Source of the DNA: a virus
Lineage: Duplodnaviria; Heunggongvirae; Uroviricota; Caudoviricetes
Length of the DNA: 59,151 nt
IMG/VR virus record: IMGVR_UViG_3300035501_000704
Coordinates: 64,001 to 123,151 of that record
Reading direction: 5' to 3' (one strand)
The position numbers and the translations under genes are program-made. The stretch's first letter is position 1; the number at the start of each line of letters is the position of its first letter. The notes below the pieces were generated by a model. It was not told where the DNA came from, did no database searches, and was given only the letters and a program-made list of their open reading frames with translations. Below are positions 40,926 to 49,162 of the stretch, in pieces.

Positions 40926-43900
40926 TTATACAATTCCAACAGGTGTACCCCTCATTGCTCTTGCGGTTTCACCTTCGTTTCTACCAGCATTTACATTACT
41001 CAATTGCGTCTTTGTAACCAAAGTAACAATTTCATTTCTTAATTGTTGATTTGAAGCAATCATCTTTGATATTTCTTGTGCTGTAACTTGGCTTACATTA
41101 TTTCCACCAAGATTTAAATTGATTGTTCCTCCAACATTCAATGCAAGATTCCCTGAAACATTTCTTGGTTGATAAGAATCATTAGATGGTGTTGGATTTA
41201 CATAATTATGAACAAAATTTCCATCTTGAACAGCATCATATTCAACATCGAATGTTGGGTTAATATTATTCTGAGCAAGTCCACGGCCACGAACAATTGT
41301 ATTAACATTATCATCTATACTTTCAAGATAAGTTACAACTGCTTCATCATTGCTTCCACCTCCCATTATTCCACCTAATGACTTGCCAACATTACCACCA
41401 ATTTTATCACCAGCTACACCTAATAACGCACCAGCAGCAAAACCAACAACAGTTCCTACTGGACCACCTATTGCCGTTCCGATTGCAGCTCCAGCTAAAG
41501 CACCTCCAATCCCACCGATAGTGCTACCAACTGATTTTCCTGCGTCTTCATTTCTATCTTTCGCTGCCTGTCTTATTTTTTCAGCTCTTTCACGAGTTGT
41601 AGCATATGTTTTAGCTTCTTTTATTCTATCATCATAATTTTTATTTGTTGCCTCCAATTCTTTTCCAAGACTATATACTTCATATACCATAGCAGCTGTT
41701 GTTAAAGTTTTTCCAGCAACGCTTGCCATATTTCTTTTATTTATAGCATTTTTCCACCACTTTCCTTTTGCTCTTGGTGCATTGTTTGGCGTCGGAGTTG
41801 GATTATTAGGATTTCCAGGCTGCGTTGGTGTCGGATTTGGGTTATTAGGCGTTGGAGAATGGCCATTATTAGGAGTAGCTGGAACAGGAGTTGTACCATT
41901 TCCATTTCTAAATGGCATTTTACCATCCTTAATATAATTTCTTTCCCATTTTGCAAAAGTATAATGCATAAATGAGCCAACACCCTTATAAGCGCCATAA
42001 CCAAGCAATCCTGCGGCTGTACCAACTCCACCACCAACAATCCATTTCCACAATCCGGACTTATTTAACCATGTAAGAAGACTATCAAATTTCCACATGA
42101 CACCATTTATCAACTGTGAAATTCCTGTCTTCCATTGGTCTACCATGGAATCTTTTCTTTCTTTTGTTCCAATCAAATTGGATGCAATCTCTCTAACTCT
42201 TAATCTAATATCTTCAACTGGCTCAATACTATCTTTCATAATATCAGCCATCACGTCAGGAGTTAAATCCTCTGAATTAACGCCAACGGTTTTTTTCTCC
42301 CCTTCCTTAGTAAAATAACTAACCTCCCAAGCTTGTTTTTCTTTATTATATTGTGCTTTATTTGCAATGGTTGACATCTCTTCGGAATTTCTTCCATATT
42401 GATTTAACAACCACGGAACACTTGCTTCAATATCTCTAACTCTTGCTTGTTGTTTTGCTGATTGAATGGCTTCATCAGAACTCATACCCAATGCTTTTGC
42501 CTGTTCTTTAATAATTGCCTGTTGCAAAGGAGCAATAACAGATTCTCCAGTTCTTCTATCAAATCTTGCTTGTTCTGCAAATACATCAGTCATTCTCTTA
42601 AACAATGCTTCAGGGTCAGATAATGATTCATAAAGCATTTGCATTGGATTTCCACCATACATAGCACCAGCGCCGCCAAGCATTTGTAATTGTGCTGAGC
42701 CTTCAATAGCACCTTCTATTGTACTAAATTTTTCAGCAACATTAGCAACTTCCTGAAGATTCATTCTCAGCTTTTGAGAAAGAATAGTCATCTTAGAGAT
42801 ACCGTCAACACCATTCTTGAATGTTAATTTATTTGCAAGAGAAAGATTCTTAGCAAAAGCCTCACTTGTCTTAACAACGTCAAGTCCATTATTTACAGCT
42901 CTTGCATAATTCTTATCAAGCAATTCAGCAGCCGTTTGAGATGATGCGCCCATATTATCCATTGCCTCAATGGTGCTTGATACAACCTCATCACCCATCA
43001 ACTTAGATGCTGCGGTAATATCTTCCATTTGATTCAACGTAAGAACTACAGACCTACCTGTTACCTTTGTGAAGGTTTCTTGCATTTTCATAGCTTGTTC
43101 AGCCGTCAATGCAAAATTTCTGGATAGCTCTTTTGAACTCTCCATCATGGTATCCATATATGCTCTTGCTGACTCTTTAGAAGTCATTCCAAGCCTCTTT
43201 GCATCGGCAATAGCTTGAGCATTATATTTCATCCATAAATCACCACCACTCTTTACTTGAGTAATAATACCATTAACCCCAGCCTTAATAGCATTTAATA
43301 TGGTATTTCTTTTCTCTTGTGCTTTCTTTTCGGCTTCTTGAAATCTTCTCTCAGCTTCTTTCAGCTCTCTAAGTTCCTTTCGTGTTAATTCAGTTTGAAG
43401 CTCTTTAATCTTCTTATAATATTCATAAACCTCCTTAACAGCATCTGGATTACTTTCAAAAGCTTCAGCTTCTAAATCTGCAATACTATGAACACCATAT
43501 TTAACTTGAAGTTTTACACGTTCATCAATCTGTCTTGTTTCATTCTCATCAATGGCTTTCTTAATTCTCGCTATTTCAGCGGGATTTGCATTAGGGTCTG
43601 CTTGTCTTTCAGCAAGAATTGCATTAAGTTCATCAATTTTATTGGCAAGTGTAGAATAAGCTTCTCTATATTTCAAGAGGTCTTGAAGCATATTGGTATC
43701 TAAATCATCTGCATTATATTTAGCAGACATCTCATCCAAAAATCGAGTAATACGGTCATTCTGAAGAGAAATTGACTCCTCAATGTTTGTTTTTTGATTC
43801 AATAAATTGCCTACATACTCTGATGAATGCTTTTCTTTACCTTCTCGTATTCTTTCAAGAATATTTTTGATTTTATCAAGCGTATCAGTATCTTTGTCGT

Positions 43901-43958
43901 ATTTGTCGTTATTGAATTTAAGCAATTCTTCAATCGCTTCTTCTCTTGTTTTTGCCAT
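40926..43958 (-). CDS. Tape measure protein (1010 aa)
   Basis: Long helical/coiled-coil A/K/E/Q-rich body, hydrophobic Gly-zipper segments (GGIGGALAGAAIGTAIGGPVGTVVGFAAG); downstream of tube and chaperone genes. Confidence 0.85.
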   Translation of the reverse strand: MAKTREEAIEELLKFNNDKYDKDTDTLDKIKNILERIREGKEKHSSEYVGNLLNQKTNIEESISLQNDRITRFLDEMSAKYNADDLDTNMLQDLLKYREAYSTLANKIDELNAILAERQADPNANPAEIARIKKAIDENETRQIDERVKLQVKYGVHSIADLEAEAFESNPDAVKEVYEYYKKIKELQTELTRKELRELKEAERRFQEAEKKAQEKRNTILNAIKAGVNGIITQVKSGGDLWMKYNAQAIADAKRLGMTSKESARAYMDTMMESSKELSRNFALTAEQAMKMQETFTKVTGRSVVLTLNQMEDITAASKLMGDEVVSSTIEAMDNMGASSQTAAELLDKNYARAVNNGLDVVKTSEAFAKNLSLANKLTFKNGVDGISKMTILSQKLRMNLQEVANVAEKFSTIEGAIEGSAQLQMLGGAGAMYGGNPMQMLYESLSDPEALFKRMTDVFAEQARFDRRTGESVIAPLQQAIIKEQAKALGMSSDEAIQSAKQQARVRDIEASVPWLLNQYGRNSEEMSTIANKAQYNKEKQAWEVSYFTKEGEKKTVGVNSEDLTPDVMADIMKDSIEPVEDIRLRVREIASNLIGTKERKDSMVDQWKTGISQLINGVMWKFDSLLTWLNKSGLWKWIVGGGVGTAAGLLGYGAYKGVGSFMHYTFAKWERNYIKDGKMPFRNGNGTTPVPATPNNGHSPTPNNPNPTPTQPGNPNNPTPTPNNAPRAKGKWWKNAINKRNMASVAGKTLTTAAMVYEVYSLGKELEATNKNYDDRIKEAKTYATTRERAEKIRQAAKDRNEDAGKSVGSTIGGIGGALAGAAIGTAIGGPVGTVVGFAAGALLGVAGDKIGGNVGKSLGGIMGGGSNDEAVVTYLESIDDNVNTIVRGRGLAQNNINPTFDVEYDAVQDGNFVHNYVNPTPSNDSYQPRNVSGNLALNVGGTINLNLGGNNVSQVTAQEISKMIASNQQLRNEIVTLVTKTQLSNVNAGRNEGETARAMRGTPVGIV

Positions 43959-43979
43959 TTATGATGAGCCTTTTATTAC

Positions 43980-43987
43980 AATAAATA
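43980..43987 (-). promoter_or_regulatory. Candidate late promoter variant TATTTATT
   Basis: 22 nt upstream of the tape measure start; one mismatch to consensus. Confidence 0.55.
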
Positions 43988-44016
43988 TTGATTTTAGTAT
44001 TTTTAACTACGAAATA

Positions 44017-44048
44017 CTTGCATTATAAAATATAAGGTTTTACATTTG
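44017..44048 (+). promoter_or_regulatory. Bacteroidota sigma-A-type promoter, plus strand
   Basis: CTTG (44017-44020), 20 nt, TACATTTG (44041-44048), then CA; 38 nt before ATG 44087. Confidence 0.75.
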
Positions 44049-44086
44049 CAAAACAAAAGAAGAAATAACCATAAAATTAAAGAATT

Positions 44087-44284
44087 ATGAAATACTATAA
44101 AAGAATCCCTGGAACAGATGATTACATGGGAATGTCACTTGATGAGTATGAACACCTTGCTGATGGATTCCTCAAAGACCCATTCGTTATAGCAACTGGA
44201 GTCATAATTGTATTGATTATCCTTACTATTGTAATTGGAGCGTATATTGAATACGGAACAATAGGCGAACTTCCCATGGATTAA
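44087..44284 (+). CDS. Small single-pass membrane protein (65 aa), moron-like
   Basis: One hydrophobic helix PFVIATGVIIVLIILTIVIGAYI; own promoter and terminator; lies in an intergenic gap rather than shadowing another gene. Confidence 0.8.
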   Translation: MKYYKRIPGTDDYMGMSLDEYEHLADGFLKDPFVIATGVIIVLIILTIVIGAYIEYGTIGELPMD

Positions 44285-44329
44285 AATATTATATTTATAT
44301 ATCCCAAGACAATAGTCAAATAAAAAGGA

Positions 44330-44365
44330 AATATCCTACCTGTATTTAATTACAAGTAGGATATT
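44330..44365. terminator. Probable bidirectional terminator between convergent genes
   Basis: AATATCCTAC-C-TGTA-TTTAAT-TACA-A-GTAGGATATT with an A-run on the left and a T-rich tail on the right. Confidence 0.75.
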
Positions 44366-44370
44366 CTTAT

Positions 44371-44649
44371 TTAGAATCCTCTATTTAAAGTTCCATCACT
44401 TACATTATTCATTGCTTCTCCACTAATTTCCATCGTATTACCACTCTTCTTATTTTCAGCAGCAGTAACCTCATTATGCTTTTGAATATAGAATTTTCTA
44501 TCCCTCGTAGGCATTTTCATTAGTTCAGAATAAGGAATATGAATATATTTGAAACATCCGAATAATTCTTCTCTCAATAATTGATTAAAGTTAGGCGATA
44601 TGCCAGAAAATAGCATCATCCCATTCAAGAAAGCATTTGAATGAGCCAC
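44371..44649 (-). CDS. Tail assembly chaperone, second ORF (possible frameshift extension of 44591..45970)
   Basis: LLREELFGCFKYIHIPYSELMKMPTRDRKFYI resembles the C-terminal module of chaperone pairs; overlaps the upstream ORF by 59 nt; start uncertain. Confidence 0.65.
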   Translation of the reverse strand: MAHSNAFLNGMMLFSGISPNFNQLLREELFGCFKYIHIPYSELMKMPTRDRKFYIQKHNEVTAAENKKSGNTMEISGEAMNNVSDGTLNRGF

Positions 44650-45970
44650 CTCCCATTGACTCAGGACGTTCTACTTCAACTTCAAAATCAACTCCTGGCT
44701 GATTATCAAATACATATCTTCTAAACGCCAATGAATCACTTGCAGGCATATTCATTACAGTATCATGGATAAACTGTCTTTCCGTATTACCGTCAATACT
44801 AACAATCTGCATCTCCATAGTATTTGTAATCGTCTTTGAATAAGGCGTAACATTCTTTCCTTCATTCAAATTCTTTGACCACTTTTCAAGCTTACTATTT
44901 GCATCAATAATAATGTTCTTCTCTGCATCTGTAAGTGATTTATCGTTCTGTAATGCCGTTTTTATCTTTGCAATTGCATCATTAAGGTCAAACGCAGCAA
45001 TGCCCATATTTTCGTTCTTATTAAGCTTTTGAAGCAATCTTTCCTCTTTCTTGGTTAAAAACTTAAACTTCAACTTTCTCTTTGTTTTAGGTAAAGTAAA
45101 GTCAAAATATCCATTCTCATCACCCTTCAATGAAAAAGACTTATATTTAAGCTTTGAAAGGTCTATATTTGCTTCAATCTTCTGTCCTGTCTTTGGGTCA
45201 TTAGCGATAATCGGGAAATCATTACCATAACTTGTTCCTCTAAGGAATACTGTAATAGCATCAACATCACCTGATATCAATTCATCTACATTTACACTCT
45301 TATTAAGAATCTTTCTCTTCAATAATACATTCATAATTGAGCCAGACTCATAAAGATTCGGAGATGTAATCAAGTTTTCATCAGCAGCTGTCAAATATCC
45401 AACTGGGATTCTTGTTGTCTTATTTTTATAACATTCTCCCTTACTTGGAAGTGGAATTAAATCATATTGAGCTGAAATATCAACATCATTATAGATTGAT
45501 TCCTCTGCTTGTACCTCTTTTTCAGCTGTTTTATACTCTTCAGGAATTGTTTTCACAATTTGTTCCTCTTGAATGTTATCTGACAACGTATATAAGTCAA
45601 TATTATCATCATCTACGTTAACAGATGACAAATCTTTATTTTCTACCTTATTTTCAACTACTTTTTCATCATCCAACTTATTCAATGAATCAAAAACATT
45701 TGAATTATCATCAAAATTCACTATCAAATCTTCATGGGACATTTGATTCTGCTGTTTTTTTGCTTTTTCAGAACATTTTTCAGCAAAAGAAGGAGAAATT
45801 TGATACATTTGATTGTATATATCTTTTAACATAATGTTGATTCTATCAACATTCTCTTTTTTCCCTCTTAAAACACATTCTTCTTTTGTATTGAGATGCA
45901 TTTCAAAAGAAGCTTTCAACATTAAAAGCTTTTTCTGGTCATCTTCACTCAATTTTATATTATTTGCCAT
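44591..45970 (-). CDS. Tail assembly chaperone / baseplate hub assembly protein (T4 gp26-like C-terminal half)
   Basis: YDLIPLPSKGECY...IPVGYLTAADENLITSPNL...LISGDVDAITVFLRGTSYG; located between the tube and tape measure genes. Confidence 0.75.
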   Translation of the reverse strand: MANNIKLSEDDQKKLLMLKASFEMHLNTKEECVLRGKKENVDRINIMLKDIYNQMYQISPSFAEKCSEKAKKQQNQMSHEDLIVNFDDNSNVFDSLNKLDDEKVVENKVENKDLSSVNVDDDNIDLYTLSDNIQEEQIVKTIPEEYKTAEKEVQAEESIYNDVDISAQYDLIPLPSKGECYKNKTTRIPVGYLTAADENLITSPNLYESGSIMNVLLKRKILNKSVNVDELISGDVDAITVFLRGTSYGNDFPIIANDPKTGQKIEANIDLSKLKYKSFSLKGDENGYFDFTLPKTKRKLKFKFLTKKEERLLQKLNKNENMGIAAFDLNDAIAKIKTALQNDKSLTDAEKNIIIDANSKLEKWSKNLNEGKNVTPYSKTITNTMEMQIVSIDGNTERQFIHDTVMNMPASDSLAFRRYVFDNQPGVDFEVEVERPESMGGGSFKCFLEWDDAIFWHIA

Positions 45971-45971
45971 G

Positions 45972-46580
45972 TTATTTTAATATTTGCATTCTTTTTACAT
46001 ATAATATATATCTCGTTTTTGAAACTCTCTCTTCAATTTCAGTATCCTCAAACGTAAATCTAACCTCTTTATTGGATTTATTAAGAAAACTAATCCTCAT
46101 AGTACGTCTTGGAATAAATTGTTCAACAAAATCCACTCCTTTTGTTTTTCCCAAATCCAATATATTCTTTGTTTCAACCTGCCATTGCTTAAATTCCTCA
46201 TAAAATTCTGTATCCATTTGAGATTCCAATAAATTTACCATCACAAGGAATTCTTTCTGAGCGGCAAATTTATCAATCATACTATCAACAGTTTCAGGCA
46301 TCGCCCCATTTGGAGAATATAATGTGCACACAGCTTTTCCATAAGCTATATTTCCATTATCAACATTATGTTGCTGATTATTTGAATAATTTCCACCATT
46401 ATAATAAGCATTATTGTGATTCATCATCCCACCAGCCATTGCTGAATTGATTGCCATCGAATACATATCGTCTTCATGTTGCAATGCATTCATATAGTCT
46501 TGTGGATTCTTATAATAATTACTTAAATCCACATTACTTTGTTCATATGATGAATAAGGTAAATATATATTGAAATTCAT
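45972..46580 (-). CDS. Hypothetical protein with N/Y/Q-rich N-terminus (202 aa)
   Basis: Coupled ORF; MMNHNNAYYNGGNYSNNQQHN low-complexity tract. Confidence 0.75.
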   Translation of the reverse strand: MNFNIYLPYSSYEQSNVDLSNYYKNPQDYMNALQHEDDMYSMAINSAMAGGMMNHNNAYYNGGNYSNNQQHNVDNGNIAYGKAVCTLYSPNGAMPETVDSMIDKFAAQKEFLVMVNLLESQMDTEFYEEFKQWQVETKNILDLGKTKGVDFVEQFIPRRTMRISFLNKSNKEVRFTFEDTEIEERVSKTRYILYVKRMQILK

Positions 46581-47128
46581 AGATTATTTAAATTATTTTT
46601 ATGCCTCTTATTTTTCTCTTTCTTTATCTCAACTTTTTTATCTTCGATAAATAATCTCTCTTTTAAATCTTGCATTACTTTCTTTGGGTTCTCTCTAATA
46701 TCTTTTTCCCATATATACATGATTGGAATCCCATGCAATAATGCCCATTCTTTTTTATATTCATCAACCTTAATATTCCTTTTCTGTGTTCTATTTAACT
46801 CTGTTTGCTCATATATTCTTGAATCACCATGCCAATATGAACCATTTATTTCAATAATAAGATTTGAATCAGGTAAATAATAATCGAAAAACCTCTTTAT
46901 TTCCTTTGCCTCAAATTGCCAAGTATATCTCACTCCTAATTTATCTAAGAAATCTGTTGCAAAATCTTGTTCTAACTTAGAAGTACCGAAAGCAGGATGT
47001 GTTCTCTTTGCTCTTGTTTTCTTTTGAAACTTAGGAAGTCTTAAATCATCCGTTTGTTTCTTTTTCTTTACTTGCTTTTTAGACCCATTGTCAATAGGTT
47101 TTATTCTATCTCTCGTTACCTGTTTCAT
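46577..47128 (-). CDS. PD-(D/E)xK endonuclease, Vsr/DUF559-like
   Basis: SKLE...F...LGV.Y..QF, FDYYLPDSNLIIEINGSYWHGD, D..K...A...G..IMYIWE. Confidence 0.85.
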   Translation of the reverse strand: MKQVTRDRIKPIDNGSKKQVKKKKQTDDLRLPKFQKKTRAKRTHPAFGTSKLEQDFATDFLDKLGVRYTWQFEAKEIKRFFDYYLPDSNLIIEINGSYWHGDSRIYEQTELNRTQKRNIKVDEYKKEWALLHGIPIMYIWEKDIRENPKKVMQDLKERLFIEDKKVEIKKEKNKRHKNNLNNL

Positions 47129-47190
47129 ATAACTATCACGTTATTTAAAATATAACGTTTTTATCAAATAATTCAAGCCAATATAAAAAA

Positions 47191-47220
47191 TGCTGTACAC
47201 TTTTCACAAAGGGCACAGCA
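47191..47220 (-). terminator. Rho-independent terminator, UGUGAA loop (copy 3)
   Basis: A6-TGCTGT-ACACTT-TTCACA-AAGGGC-ACAGCA downstream of the tail tube gene. Confidence 0.8.
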
Positions 47221-47263
47221 CAAGAAAATAATAAAAAAGGAATAAATTTTTATTGTTGATAAA

Positions 47264-47755
47264 TCAATATGCCAATATGCAATATTGTGGACGAAGCGAA
47301 AGTGTAATTTCAGCCATATTCGTAGAATCATATGACAACTGACCAAAATCCACATTATCAGCTAAGAAACAATTCTTCAAAATCCACTTGCTAATCACAG
47401 CTCCCGTAGGGTCAAGCATATCAAGCTCAACATCTCTCATATAACCAGCCGCATAGCCCATACGTCCAGTTACAGATTCCGCAATAAGACGCACCCATTC
47501 CATAACTGCCTGAGAAGCTGAAGGGCCAATAGGGTCTTTGAGAGTAATCGGAATTGCTTGCCATTCGTACTTAGCAGCAACATAAGTCTTTGTATTCAAG
47601 AATGGTATAGGAGTAGTCTCTATTTGAATTTTGGGTCTTGCTCCAGTTGAAACCCACCATTCCTGAATTCCCAAATCAGAGGGAAATCTAAATATGAATC
47701 TATTTTGCTTTTGCGGTTCATATTGAATTGGTGCATTTAAAAGCAAATCTGCCAT
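47264..47755 (-). CDS. Tail tube protein (T4 gp19-like)
   Basis: YEPQKQNRFIFRF, RPKIQIE, YEWQAIPITLKD, ELDMLDPTGAVISKWILKNCF, FGQLSY...ITLSLRPQYC. Confidence 0.9.
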   Translation of the reverse strand: MADLLLNAPIQYEPQKQNRFIFRFPSDLGIQEWWVSTGARPKIQIETTPIPFLNTKTYVAAKYEWQAIPITLKDPIGPSASQAVMEWVRLIAESVTGRMGYAAGYMRDVELDMLDPTGAVISKWILKNCFLADNVDFGQLSYDSTNMAEITLSLRPQYCILAY

Positions 47756-47812
47756 TTTTATATATTTTACTAGTAATTATATTCACTTAATAAATAGTTG
47801 TAATGTAATTTT

Positions 47813-48220
47813 TTATACACCACCAGCACCAGATGCACTATCTTTTTCAGAAACTGCCTTATCACACATCAACCAAATTTTCTTATAAAATTGATATGCT
47901 TCACAATCTACATCTTGTGCATAATCCTGTAATCCATCAAGAGCAATCTCTCTAATTTGAGCAATTCGCTCATCACTCTTTGATAAATTCATATCAGTGT
48001 TTTCTTCATCACCACATTGTTGCTGATTTTGACCTTGCTGTTGCTGCATATGGTCATTACCACCTCTATAATGAGCTAAATCAGGGCCTTGCTCAGGGTA
48101 TCCACCTTCTTCATCCTCATATTCTTCACGAGGCCCAACACCATAATCTTCTCTCAATATATTTTTTGCTAAATTGAAATTATTGATGGCCTCACTTAAA
48201 GTGTTTAGCTTCTTCTTCAT
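47813..48220 (-). CDS. Hypothetical late protein with Q-rich tract (about 135 aa)
   Basis: The track start at 48259 overlaps the promoter motif; MKKKLNTLSE at 48220 sits 26 nt behind TATTTATA and is preferred. Confidence 0.7.
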   Translation of the reverse strand: MKKKLNTLSEAINNFNLAKNILREDYGVGPREEYEDEEGGYPEQGPDLAHYRGGNDHMQQQQGQNQQQCGDEENTDMNLSKSDERIAQIREIALDGLQDYAQDVDCEAYQFYKKIWLMCDKAVSEKDSASGAGGV

Positions 48221-48245
48221 TATATCTCTATAAATTATTATATAA

Positions 48246-48253
48246 TATAAATA
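48246..48253 (-). promoter_or_regulatory. Candidate late promoter TATTTATA
   Basis: 26 nt upstream of ATG 48220. Confidence 0.6.
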
Positions 48254-48314
48254 TAGCAAAAGATGATTTTTGAATATTAAATAATATAATTACTATAAAA
48301 TAAAAAAATGAGAA

Positions 48315-48803
48315 TCAATTACGACTCTCATTCTCTTGACTATTCTTCTTTAGTTTGACTTTACTACACTTAAAATTCTCACAATTACACTTATCTATCA
48401 TTTTGTCAACCAAAGAACGAAAAGTCTCCACGATATCAGATTCTAATTCGTTAATTTGTAAATGGCTTTTTTGCCTTAAATATAAAGACATGCTAACGCT
48501 CTTATTATAGTCTTTTTTCAAATTTGCAGATGTAAAATTGAAATCAATAATATAATCACTTCTATAAATTTCTCCACGAGAATGATTATATTCATAGCAA
48601 GCCTTGAAATAGGTTTTCTTTATCTCGTTAATTGAACGTATATATTCGCTTGGAAATCTTTTATCATTAGGTATTGCAATAAATGAAAGTACAACCTCAA
48701 TTACCGTTGGATTATTCACATTCATTGTCTTAACCTTAACAATAACATTGTCTGATATATTTAAATCATTAGATGAATATACTGTACTTCTTTTCTTATT
48801 CAT
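48315..48803 (-). CDS. Hypothetical protein (162 aa)
   Basis: Clean ORF; no motif recognised. Confidence 0.7.
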   Translation of the reverse strand: MNKKRSTVYSSNDLNISDNVIVKVKTMNVNNPTVIEVVLSFIAIPNDKRFPSEYIRSINEIKKTYFKACYEYNHSRGEIYRSDYIIDFNFTSANLKKDYNKSVSMSLYLRQKSHLQINELESDIVETFRSLVDKMIDKCNCENFKCSKVKLKKNSQENESRN

Positions 48804-48880
48804 TATATCTTAATTCTTATTTAAAATATAATGTTTTTTAAGAGAAATACAATAGATAAATCAAAAAATATTAAAATTTT

Positions 48881-49162
48881 TTATTGCTCAATACTTCCAT
48901 AATAAGGATTTCCTTCATCATCAATGGCTTCTACATCACCATCATCATTAATTCTGCAAGAATAGTTCTTACCTGGATATGAATCATTTAAGATGTCTGA
49001 TAAATCTTTCAAATTATCTTTTCCATCTCTCAATTGCCACTCAAAATCATCGTCAAAACTTTCAAGAATTTGATTAACAACTCTCTGAGCACTTTCACGA
49101 ATAACTTGCTTAAATTGAGCCTCATTCAATCTCATTACACCATGTGCCATATCACTTATCAT
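48881..49162 (-). CDS. Small hypothetical protein (93 aa; start may be 49150)
   Basis: RLNEAQFKQVIRESAQRVVNQILES; coupled to the upstream gene. Confidence 0.7.
   Translation of the reverse strand: MISDMAHGVMRLNEAQFKQVIRESAQRVVNQILESFDDDFEWQLRDGKDNLKDLSDILNDSYPGKNYSCRINDDGDVEAIDDEGNPYYGSIEQ

Noticed and set aside
48221-48259. Track N-terminus MLYLYYIIIYRDI of the 47813..48259 ORF
   Set aside because: Translates the AT-rich promoter region; ATG 48220 fits the motif spacing and leader pattern.
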